Shown one piece after another: positions 19,345 to 28,106 of a DNA stretch of 37,454 nt (its first letter is position 1; the number at the start of each line of letters is the position of its first letter). Source of the DNA: an uncultured Bacillaceae bacterium (lineage in GTDB: Bacteria; Bacillota; Bacilli; Bacillales; Anaerobacillaceae); contig CAZIRM010000003.1 of assembly GCA_964541705.1 (NCBI GenBank), positions 1 through 37,454 on the forward strand, written 5' to 3'. The notes beneath the pieces are model-generated. The model saw only the letters and a program-made list of their open reading frames with translations. It was not told the origin of the DNA and searched no databases. Both the position numbers and the translations under genes were made by a program.

Positions 19345-21428
19345 GCTCGTTTAATCTCTTCCATTACATAAGCTTCAATGATGTCGCCCTCTTTAATGTC
19401 ATTGAACTTCTCAAGAGTAATACCACATTCATAGTTTGTCGCAACTTCTTTTACATCATCCTTAAAACGTTTCAATGCACCAATAGAGCCTTCATAAATA
19501 ACAACACCATCGCGAATTAAGCGAACTGTTGCATCTCTAGTTATTTTCCCTTCAGTTACGTAGCAACCAGCAATCGTACCAACTTTTGATACTTTAAACG
19601 TTGTACGAACTTCTACTTGACCGATCACCTTTTCTTCAAACTCAGGATCTAGCATCCCTTTCATCGCAGCTTCAATTTCATCGATTGCATTATAGATGAC
19701 ACGGTGCAAGCGAATATCAACTTTTTCACTTTCAGCTGTACGTTTTGCATTAACATCTGGTCGTACATTAAATCCAATGACAATTGCGTTTGAAGCACTT
19801 GCTAAAATAATATCAGATTCTGTTATAGCACCTACAGCAGTATGGATGATATTTATTTTTACCCCTTCAACATCAATCTTTTCTAAAGATCCACGCATAG
19901 CCTCAACCGAACCTTGTACGTCTGCCTTAATGACCACATTGAGCTCTTTTAGCTCGCCTTGCTGGATTTTGCTAAAGAGATCATCTAAGCTAACCTTGCT
20001 ATTTTCAGAACGTTCTGCTTCGCGCTGCTTTGTAGCGCGTGCTTCTCCGACTGAACGGGCTGTTTTTTCATCTTTGAAAACAAGGAATTGGTCTCCTGCT
20101 TGAGGTACGTCGCTCAACCCCGTAATTGCAACAGGCGCACTTGGCCCAGCAACCTTAACTCTGCGACCGATATCGTTAACCATTGCACGAACACGTCCGA
20201 ACGTGTTACCAACAACGATTGGATCTCCAACATGAAGGGTTCCAGATTGTACAAGTAACGTTGCCACAGCACCGCGACCTTTGTCTAACTCGGCTTCTAC
20301 TACGGTTCCACTTGCATAGGCTTTAGGATTTGCTCTGTACTCTTCCACTTCAGCTACTAACAAGATCATCTCAAGTAATTCGTCTATACCTTCGCCTTTT
20401 AAAGCAGATACTGATACAAAGATCGTGTCTCCACCCCATGCCTCAGCAACAAGTCCATGTTCTGTTAGTTCTTGCATAACACGGTCAGGATTAGCAGCCT
20501 CTTTATCCATTTTGTTTACTGCAACAATGATCGGAACCTCTGCAGCTTTTGCATGGTTTATGGCCTCCACAGTTTGTGGCATGACTCCATCATCTGCTGC
20601 TACAACTAAAACGGTAATATCAGTTACTTGGGCACCACGAGCGCGCATCGTTGTAAACGCAGCGTGACCAGGCGTATCTAAAAATGTAATCTTTTTACCC
20701 TCTACATCCACTTGATAAGCACCAATATGCTGGGTAATCCCACCTGCTTCACCAGCCGTTACTTTCGTATGTCTAATAGAATCTAAAAGCGTTGTTTTTC
20801 CGTGATCTACATGTCCCATAATTGTTACAACAGGAGGGCGTTCCTTTAAATCTTTCGGGTCGTCCTTCTCTTCATATCGTTCGAAATCAGTTTTTTCTAA
20901 TATAATTTCTTCTTCTACTTCTACCCCATAGTCATTAACAATCAATTCAATTGAGTCTTTATCTAGCTCTTGATTAATCGTCGCCATGACTCCTAAAAAC
21001 ATTAATTTTTTGATGATTTCTGATGGCTCTTTGTGTAACTTTTTCGCTAAATCACCAACAGTTAATGAACCTGAGTAAGTAATTTTGTCTGGCATCTTGG
21101 TTTCCTCTTTTTTAGCAGGTTGTTGCTGCTGATGATTTTTTTTGTTCCGTTGTTTTTTATCGTTTCGCTTTTGGTTTTGGTTTTGTTTGTTAGCTGTTTC
21201 TTTTTTGGCATTCGATGGTTTATTTGGTGTGCTTTGCTTTTCAGAAGTTGGTTTAGGTTTCGGAGCCTCTTCCTTTTTTGCGTCTCCCTCCAGCTTCTTA
21301 ATTGCATCCTCATCAATAACAGCCATGTGATTTTTCACTTCTTGACCTAAAGCTTTTAACTTTTCAATTACCTCTTTGCTTGATAAGTTTTTTTGCTTCG
21401 CATATTCATACACTCGCATTTTCTTCAT
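19341..21428 (-). CDS. infB: Translation initiation factor IF-2
   Basis: [39 protein letters not shown]. Confidence 0.99.
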   Translation of the reverse strand: MKKMRVYEYAKQKNLSSKEVIEKLKALGQEVKNHMAVIDEDAIKKLEGDAKKEEAPKPKPTSEKQSTPNKPSNAKKETANKQNQNQKRNDKKQRNKKNHQQQQPAKKEETKMPDKITYSGSLTVGDLAKKLHKEPSEIIKKLMFLGVMATINQELDKDSIELIVNDYGVEVEEEIILEKTDFERYEEKDDPKDLKERPPVVTIMGHVDHGKTTLLDSIRHTKVTAGEAGGITQHIGAYQVDVEGKKITFLDTPGHAAFTTMRARGAQVTDITVLVVAADDGVMPQTVEAINHAKAAEVPIIVAVNKMDKEAANPDRVMQELTEHGLVAEAWGGDTIFVSVSALKGEGIDELLEMILLVAEVEEYRANPKAYASGTVVEAELDKGRGAVATLLVQSGTLHVGDPIVVGNTFGRVRAMVNDIGRRVKVAGPSAPVAITGLSDVPQAGDQFLVFKDEKTARSVGEARATKQREAERSENSKVSLDDLFSKIQQGELKELNVVIKADVQGSVEAMRGSLEKIDVEGVKINIIHTAVGAITESDIILASASNAIVIGFNVRPDVNAKRTAESEKVDIRLHRVIYNAIDEIEAAMKGMLDPEFEEKVIGQVEVRTTFKVSKVGTIAGCYVTEGKITRDATVRLIRDGVVIYEGSIGALKRFKDDVKEVATNYECGITLEKFNDIKEGDIIEAYVMEEIKRA

Positions 21429-21500
21429 ATGCTTACCTCCCTTGTGAATAAAGTTGCCCTACCTATTGAAAATCTATAAAACAAGCGTTTTTGATCGTGA

Positions 21501-21821
21501 TTAATTGCTCAATTCAGTATTTTCGAGGATAGATAAAATTTTCTTTGCAAATCCGCTATCAGTTACTCCAATTACCACTCGTTCATGTTTTCCTATTGCA
21601 GTTCCTAACACAGAACGATCTGCGACAACTTTTACATTCACATTATAATATTTACATTTATCAATAATTTTTTTGCTCGTTAACTCAGAAGCATCATTTG
21701 CTAGTAAAACTAGCGAGACGTTTTTCCTTCTAATATCTTTAACGACTAACTCTTCCCCTGTCACTAGCTTTCTTGCTCTGGCAGCAAGCCCTAGTAAAGA
21801 CAACCATTGTATGTGACTCAT
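21501..21821 (-). CDS. ylxQ: L7Ae-family RNA-binding protein YlxQ
   Basis: LLGLAARARKLVTGEELV, LA.DAS, LG.AIGK..RVV. Confidence 0.92.
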   Translation of the reverse strand: MSHIQWLSLLGLAARARKLVTGEELVVKDIRRKNVSLVLLANDASELTSKKIIDKCKYYNVNVKVVADRSVLGTAIGKHERVVIGVTDSGFAKKILSILENTELSN

Positions 21822-22093
21822 CGCTTTTTACCTTTTACTTGTTGAGCAATTAATTGATCATATAATTCAACACTTACTTTTACATTTAAGTGTTTGGAAA
21901 ATATATCCTTATTCTTTGCTATTTCAAAATATTCTCTTTCGTCCGTAACATAAGCCCCACGTCCGGACTTTTTGCCCGTCGGATCGATCATGACCTCTCC
22001 TTCTGGGGTTCTGACAATTCGAATCAATTCTTTTTTAGGCTTCATTTCATTTGTAACGACACATTTCCTGAGTGGAACTTTACGATTTTTCAT
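21818..22093 (-). CDS. ylxR: YlxR (DUF448) RNA-binding protein
   Basis: KVPLRKCVVT.EMKPKKELIRIVR, DPTGKKSGRGAY. Confidence 0.93.
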   Translation of the reverse strand: MKNRKVPLRKCVVTNEMKPKKELIRIVRTPEGEVMIDPTGKKSGRGAYVTDEREYFEIAKNKDIFSKHLNVKVSVELYDQLIAQQVKGKKR

Positions 22094-22111
22094 TTCGCTT
22101 CTAGCTCCTTG

Positions 22112-23242
22112 TTACTCAATTTCAGTAGTAAAGTCTTCAAAATCACTGTTTTCATCATCTGTGTCTAAATTTTTACCAATCGTAAAGTTCGGATCATACA
22201 GCCCTAATTCTTCTGCCTCTGACTGACTCTTTATATCGATCTTCCATCCTGTAAGTTTTGCTGCTAAACGAGCGTTTTGACCTCTCTTACCGATTGCTAG
22301 AGATAATTGGTAATCAGGGACAATGACTTGAGTCATTTTTTCTTCTTCATCTACTTTCACTTGTAGCACTTTCGCAGGACTTAGTGCATTTGCGACATAC
22401 TCAACCGGATCTTCTGACCAACGAACAATGTCAATCTTTTCACCTTTGAGCTCATTTACGATCGTTTGAACACGTTGTCCTTTCTGGCCTACACATGAAC
22501 CAACTGGATCAACTTCAGGATTTTGTGCATACACTGAAATTTTCGAACGGTCACCTGCTTCTCTTGCTACAGATCTTAATTCAACTGTTCCATCATAGAT
22601 TTCAGGCACTTCTAACTCAAATAATCTTTTTAATAGACCCGGGTGTGTTCTAGATATCAAAATTTGAGGACCTTTTGTTGTTTTTTCCACTTTCGTTATG
22701 TAAGCTTTAATACGATCATTATGCTTATATGATTCATTTGGCATTTGCTCATTTAATGGTAGGAGCGCTTCTACTTTGCCTAAATCAACATAAATAAAGC
22801 GACTATCTTGTCTTTGGACGATACCAGTGATAATGTCCTCTTCACGATCAATAAAATCAGAATAAATAATTCCTCTTTCAGCTTCTCTAACTCTTTGAGT
22901 TACTACTTGTTTAGCAGTTTGAGCCGCAATTCTTCCAAAATCTTTTGGTGTAACTTCAATTTCTACCACATCATCAACCTCGTACTGTGGGTTGATTGCC
23001 TTTGCAGCTTCTTCAGAAATTTCCAGACGAGAATCAAAAACTTCCTCGACTACTTCCTTTCTCGCAAATACACGTATGCTTCCATTTTTGCGGTTAATGT
23101 CTACTCTTACATTTTGCGCTTGATTGAAATTACGTTTGTAACCAGAAATGAGCGCTGCTTCAATCGCCTCGATAATGATTTCTTTACTTATTCCTTTTTC
23201 TTTTTCTAACGTTGTTAATGCATCCATAAAATCAGAATTCAT
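22112..23242 (-). CDS. nusA: Transcription termination/antitermination factor NusA
   Basis: FGRIAAQTAKQVV.QR, S1 and KH domains, QLSLAIGKRGQNARLAAKLTGW; ATG at 23242 behind AAAGGGGG. Confidence 0.98.
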   Translation of the reverse strand: MNSDFMDALTTLEKEKGISKEIIIEAIEAALISGYKRNFNQAQNVRVDINRKNGSIRVFARKEVVEEVFDSRLEISEEAAKAINPQYEVDDVVEIEVTPKDFGRIAAQTAKQVVTQRVREAERGIIYSDFIDREEDIITGIVQRQDSRFIYVDLGKVEALLPLNEQMPNESYKHNDRIKAYITKVEKTTKGPQILISRTHPGLLKRLFELEVPEIYDGTVELRSVAREAGDRSKISVYAQNPEVDPVGSCVGQKGQRVQTIVNELKGEKIDIVRWSEDPVEYVANALSPAKVLQVKVDEEEKMTQVIVPDYQLSLAIGKRGQNARLAAKLTGWKIDIKSQSEAEELGLYDPNFTIGKNLDTDDENSDFEDFTTEIE

Positions 23243-23284
23243 GGAGAATTTCCCCCTTTCAATTAAAAACAAATATAAATTCCC

Positions 23285-23755
23285 TTAAAAGATAACAGCT
23301 AATCGTGCACTAGCGACCTTGTCATATGGAACCGTCGCTTTTATTAAACGTGTTTTACGTTTTACTTCTATCACTAGTACATTTTCTTCAAAAGATACAA
23401 GTTTTCCTTCAAACGTTTTTTCGTCATTAATCGGTTCATACGTTGTAACATAAACATTCTTACCTACTGCTTGTAAAATGTCTTTCTCTTTTTTCAAAGG
23501 GCGCTCTGCACCTGGTGAAGACACTTCCAGAAAGTAGGCTTGTGGAATAGGATCAAGCTCATCTAATTTTTCGCTTAATCGTTCACTAACCTTTCCGCAG
23601 TCCTCAATATCAACACCTGCATCAGAATCAATAAAGACGCGAAGGAACCAATTTTTTCCCTCTTTTTTAAATTCGACATCTACTAGTTCAAGCTGCATTT
23701 CATTTAGAATAGGAGTTGCTAGCTCTTCTACAATCGTTGTTACTTTATTACTCAT
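23285..23755 (-). CDS. rimP: Ribosome maturation factor RimP
   Basis: [32 protein letters not shown]. Confidence 0.97.
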   Translation of the reverse strand: MSNKVTTIVEELATPILNEMQLELVDVEFKKEGKNWFLRVFIDSDAGVDIEDCGKVSERLSEKLDELDPIPQAYFLEVSSPGAERPLKKEKDILQAVGKNVYVTTYEPINDEKTFEGKLVSFEENVLVIEVKRKTRLIKATVPYDKVASARLAVIF

Positions 23756-23910
23756 TTTTTTCCCTCCTTTATCGGAAAACCGCCTAACATTATTTTAAAG
23801 AAAAGAACGATCTTAAACATACGTTCGAAAAATCGTCCTCTTACCTAGTAACTATAAGTGTGTAAACCTGTATGTAGTATACCCTCATAACAGAAGAATC
23901 ATCATAGATG

Positions 23911-23943
23911 AAAAACGGAAAGAGTGGGTTTCCCCACTCTTTT
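23911..23943 (-). promoter_or_regulatory. rimP leader attenuator hairpin
   Basis: Minus strand AAAGAGTGGG-GAAA-CCCACTCTTT followed by CCGTTTTT, just downstream of the promoter; matches the conserved GAGTGGG/CCCACTC rimP-nusA leader. Confidence 0.75.
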
Positions 23944-23971
23944 GTGCACCTATTCTAAGTATTACCATAAA

Positions 23972-24000
23972 AATATAACATAAACGCCCGTATTATGCAA
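23972..24000 (-). promoter_or_regulatory. sigmaA promoter of the rimP-nusA-infB operon
   Basis: Minus strand TTGCAT-N17-TATATT with TG extension. Confidence 0.7.
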
Positions 24001-24033
24001 CTACGCCGTGGTTTTAGACGATCAAAACCCTTG

Positions 24034-25439
24034 CTAAAATAATGAAAGTTGATTTGAATCAGGCAATTCCTCTAAACAGCCATGATCATTTAAGTTCTCT
24101 AACACTGTTTTTGTGATTTTGCTTCGCTGCTGTAAGTCTTCTTTTGATAAAAACTCTCCAGCTTCTCTTGCCTTTACAATGTTTAAGGCAGCATTTGTTC
24201 CTACACCAGTCAGTGCATTAAAAGGTGGAATTAATGTATCTCCCTCAACGATGAACTGTGTAGCATCCGAGCGGTATAAATCAACCTTTTGAAAACGAAA
24301 TCCTCTTTCACACATTTCTAGTGCTAACTCCAGTACCGTCAGTAAACTTTTTTCTTTAGGGGCAGCATCTAACCCTTTTGCATTTATTTCATCTATTTTT
24401 GTCCGAACAGCTGCAGACCCCCGTATCATGATATCAAGATCGAAGTCATCTGCACGAACGGTAAAATAGGCTGCATAAAAGAAAATTGGGTAATGCACTT
24501 TAAAGTAAGCAATTCTTACAGCCATAAGCACGTAGGCAGCCGCATGGGCTTTCGGGAACATATACTTTATTTTCAAGCATGAACCAATATACCAATCAGG
24601 CACATTATTTTTTTTCATTTCTTCGATCCATTCATCACTTAACCCTTTACCTTTTCGAACGCTCTCCATAATTTTAAACGCAAGAGATGGTTCTAACCCT
24701 TTGTAAATTAGATAGACCATAATATCATCACGACACCCAATTACGTCCTTAAGTACACATGTTCCATCAGCAATCAGCTCATTGGCATTGTTCAACCAAA
24801 CATCCGTTCCGTGTGATAAACCAGATATTTGGACAAGCTCACTAAACGTACTAGGTTTTGTTTCTTCTAACATTTGTCGTACAAACCTAGTTCCAAACTC
24901 TGGTATTCCGTACGTTCCTGTCTTACACATAATTTGCTCTTCAGTTACACCTAAAGATTCGGTGCTGCTAAACAGTTTAAAGACTTCTTTGTCATCTGTT
25001 GGTATTGTTTTAGGATCAATCCCACTTAGATCTTGAAGCATTCGAATCACCGTCGGATCATCGTGTCCTAGAATATCTAGTTTTAGTAAGTTATCATGAA
25101 TAGAGTGAAAGTCAAAATGAGTTGTACGCCATTCTGACGTTTTATCGTCAGCCGGAAACTGGATTGGACAAAAATCAAAAATATCCATATAATCTGGTAC
25201 TACAATAATTCCCCCAGGATGCTGACCTGTCGTTCTTTTTACTCCAGTACAACCGGCCACTAGTCGATCAACTTCTGCACCACGGTATTGAAGGTTAAAG
25301 TCACTTTGATAGCCTTTCACATAACCATACGCTGTTTTTTCAGCAACCGTACCAATTGTCCCCGCGCGATAAACATATTCCACACCAAATAGCTCTTTCG
25401 TGTAATTATGAGCTCTAGGTTGATAATCTCCAGAGAAGT
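24034..25439 (-). CDS. polC: DNA polymerase III PolC, 3' exon
   Basis: Resumes mid-codon (A|AC TTC TCT GGA = N-F-S-G); contains [34 protein letters not shown]-terminal QLSLF clamp motif. Confidence 0.96.
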
Positions 25440-25523
25440 ATGATGATAGGTAAGCATTTGAAGTTATCTCCAGCTTTTCCCCCATCTCACACCGTACGTG
25501 ACCCTTTCAGTGTCATACGGCGT
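25440..25523 (-). ncRNA. Group II intron ribozyme domains V and VI
   Basis: ACGCCGTATGACACT-GAAA-GGGTCACGTACGGTGT (CGC catalytic triad, GAAA loop, CG bulge), then GAGATGGGGGAAAAGCTGGAGATAACTTCAAATGCTTACCTATCATCAT. Confidence 0.92.
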
Positions 25524-25549
25524 TCCATCGTTAACATTGTCGAAGTTAC

Positions 25550-27372
25550 TCAGCTAAGTTTTGGATTTCCTACTTCCGTTCTTAACTGATTTAGTTTTTT
25601 AACTGCTTTTAAATCAAAAGTTTCAAGTATTGCTTTGTACTTTGGATTTGTCGTTGGATTGTTATTATGAATTAACATATGGTAGTCTTTTTTGATAATG
25701 ATTAGATTATCGTAGTCATCAGTTCCACCTTGGGCAGTTGGTTTCTTGTGGTGACATATTGCATTAAACGGGGTTAATCTTTCACCCGTTATTCCACAGC
25801 AACCTTTCTGGGCAACGTATTTACTTAGACGGTTGTCTTCGTATTTTACGCTCTTGGACTTATAAGTACCTTTTCTAAACATTTCAATTTCAGTAACGGA
25901 TACGTTTTTAATCTCTTTGTGAATGGCTTTTCGGTCTTTAGCATTATAGATTGTAAATTCTGGCTTGCGTTGACCTCGGATATCGTGTTTAACTGCTTCC
26001 ATCGGATATACTAAAATGCCATTACTTTTAAATCTAGGACATCGGTAACCAGTGTAAAATTTTTCAATCACTTTGTTTTTCTCTTGAGTAAAGTTAAAAA
26101 TATTTCTGTATAAAAGTGATTTAATATTTTTGTGTACTCTATGCCTTATATCATTAAAGTCTTGGGATACTCTTGTAGCTATTTTGTAATAGTTCTGCAT
26201 TCCAAGAATATTGGCATTGTACATCATAATCTTTTCTGGTGTAGGACTTTTTCTTATCTTTACTAGCTTATGCCTAATTACTTCTTCTACCTTATTTTTA
26301 GATTTGGGACACATTTTTGAGTTTACTATATATCCTGTTTTTCCAGTTCCCTTTTTAACGGCTCTGAACCGTACTCCCAAGAAGTCTGTACCATTTTTTC
26401 GGACATTTGTGATTTTACTTTTTTCTTTGCTTGTCTCTAAGCCAAGTCTTTCTTGTAACCATTTTTCGACGGCTATTTTGATTTTCTTGGCATTATTGTA
26501 TGAGTTCGTAAAGATTTTAAAGTCATCCGCATATCTTACTAGGTACATCGGTTTGAGTTTCGTCTTTTTAAGAGCATCTGTTTTGTTTCGTTTTAATTTA
26601 TAAGGTATTTTCGTAGGTTTTGTTTCCCATTGGTTTGATATCCACCAATCTAACTCGTTTAATACAACATTTGCGAGTAGTGGTGATAATATCCCGCCTT
26701 GTGGCGTGCCTTTCTCTGGTACTCCAATTCCTTTGACTTCGGCTTTCAGCATTTTCTTAATAATCGATAATACTTTTTTGTCCCGTATCCCGATGGTCCA
26801 TAGTTGTTTGAGAAGCTTGGTGTGATTAACATTATCGAAAAATCCTTTTATATCTACATCTACCACATAATGATTGAAGCTGTGATTTACTAGATGATAA
26901 CATCTAGCCAAAGCGTCGTGGGTACTTCTTTTCGGTCTAAACCCAAAACTATTTGAGTTAAACTTTCCTTCCACAATAGGTTCAAGAATTTGCAAAAACA
27001 TTTGTTGAATTAATCTGTCCTCTATTGTAGGAATTCCAAGTGGTCTCATATCGCCATTAGGTTTAGGTATCAATACCCTTTTAACAGAATCTGGTTCGTA
27101 ATATTTAAGTCTTTTTCTTGTTATTGCAACAAGCTTGTTAATATCCATTCTTTGTAAATGTTTAATGGTATGTCCATTTGTGCCTTTTGTTTTGCTTCAG
27201 TGTTACTTTTGATATTTCGATATGCTAATCTAATATTCTCTTCCGATACAATAAAATCATAAAGGTTTTTAAAGTATCTACCATTTGCGCTTTCTTCATA
27301 AAGATTATCCAACTGGTCTTGCATACCAAAGTATTCGTTGTTTCTCAACTTTTGTATCATTAAGTCAGTCAA
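25550..27372 (-). pseudogene. ltrA: Intron-encoded reverse transcriptase/maturase with HNH endonuclease; frameshifted near 27198
   Basis: N-terminal piece (LRNNEYF...ENIRLAYRNIKSNT) continues in another frame as SKTKGTNGHTIKHL...; IPKPNG..RPLGIPTIEDR, GFRPKRS, DIKGFFD, GTPQGGILSPLLAN, YADD, X domain, HNH (CHHKKP...GGTDDYDNL...H); adding 1 nt gives 607 aa. Confidence 0.9.
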
Positions 27373-28106
27373 CTAATCACTTCCTCTCGAAAGTTTTCGT
27401 TTCTTTAAGTCTTACTAGAACCTGACTTTTGTAGGTTTATTTCGACGTTAACGACTAATGCCCTTCCCTCAAGATTGTTTTTTCCTCCGACTTATTGGTT
27501 ATTCAGTCATCATAGGCAATCTTGTAAGCGGTACTACGGCATCACTGCCACTTCCATAAATCTATGTTATAGTTGTTACTTTTCCATAGAAACACTTTTA
27601 ACGAAGTGCAACCTTCTGATGTGTTGGAAGCTTCTCACGTTCCACTATTTCTATCTTTACATAATCTACTTAGGTTCCCCCTAAATCCCGTTGAGCTTGA
27701 CTGTGCCTGTAACACAGTATGGACTTTCATAACCAAACGTTTACTCATCCACACTCAAAATTCCTATTAGGAACCCATATCATTTCTGATATGTGACATT
27801 CACGAGAAGTCAATCGAGGGTTCGTCCCAGTTATTCTACTGATGCTAACCATATAGATTTTATAGACACCAGACCTATCGTTCACAGAAGCTTTATAGCT
27901 CCCTTTCCTCAGCCGTACTGTTAGGGTGACCTTCAGCCTACTTTAGCGGGCTTCAGACAAAAGTTGTTTTTGCATTACTCCTTATGCCTGCCGCAGCTTC
28001 AGTGAGTGTGTTTCAGAGCGTTACCCCATCATTCCACACTTCGAAATAGCAGTTCTCCTAGCATTATAGCTAGTGGCTAATCTTTTCAATTAGCAACGTG
28101 ACGCAC

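Larger units (their letters stand above)
25440..28106 (-). mobile_element. Group II intron (IIB, bacterial class B-like), 2667 nt, inserted in polC
   Basis: 5' end GTGCG at 28106; 3' end ...CCTATCATCAT at 25440; domain V at 25489-25523; domain VI with bulged A (25447) 8 nt from the end; domain I closing pair CACGTT/AACGTG; RT ORF in domain IV; removal restores KVPDIDL-N-FSGDYQ. Confidence 0.96.

Noticed and set aside
21110-21290. Low-complexity K/Q/N-rich segment in infB
   Set aside because: Normal variable linker of the IF-2 N-terminal region
27475-27770. Plus-strand ORFs inside the intron
   Set aside because: Antisense to ribozyme domains I-III; no coding signals
27776-27793. CATATCAG in intron domain I as an exon-binding site for CTGATAT of polC
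   Set aside because: It is sequestered in a perfect CATATCA-GAAA-TGATATG hairpin, so the complementarity is probably coincidental
25440-28106. Intein, retron, DGR or IS element as the explanation for the polC split and the RT
   Set aside because: The insert is not an in-frame protein; it has group II boundaries, domains V/VI and an RT-X-HNH ORF; no msr/msd, TR/VR pair, terminal inverted repeats or target duplication seen
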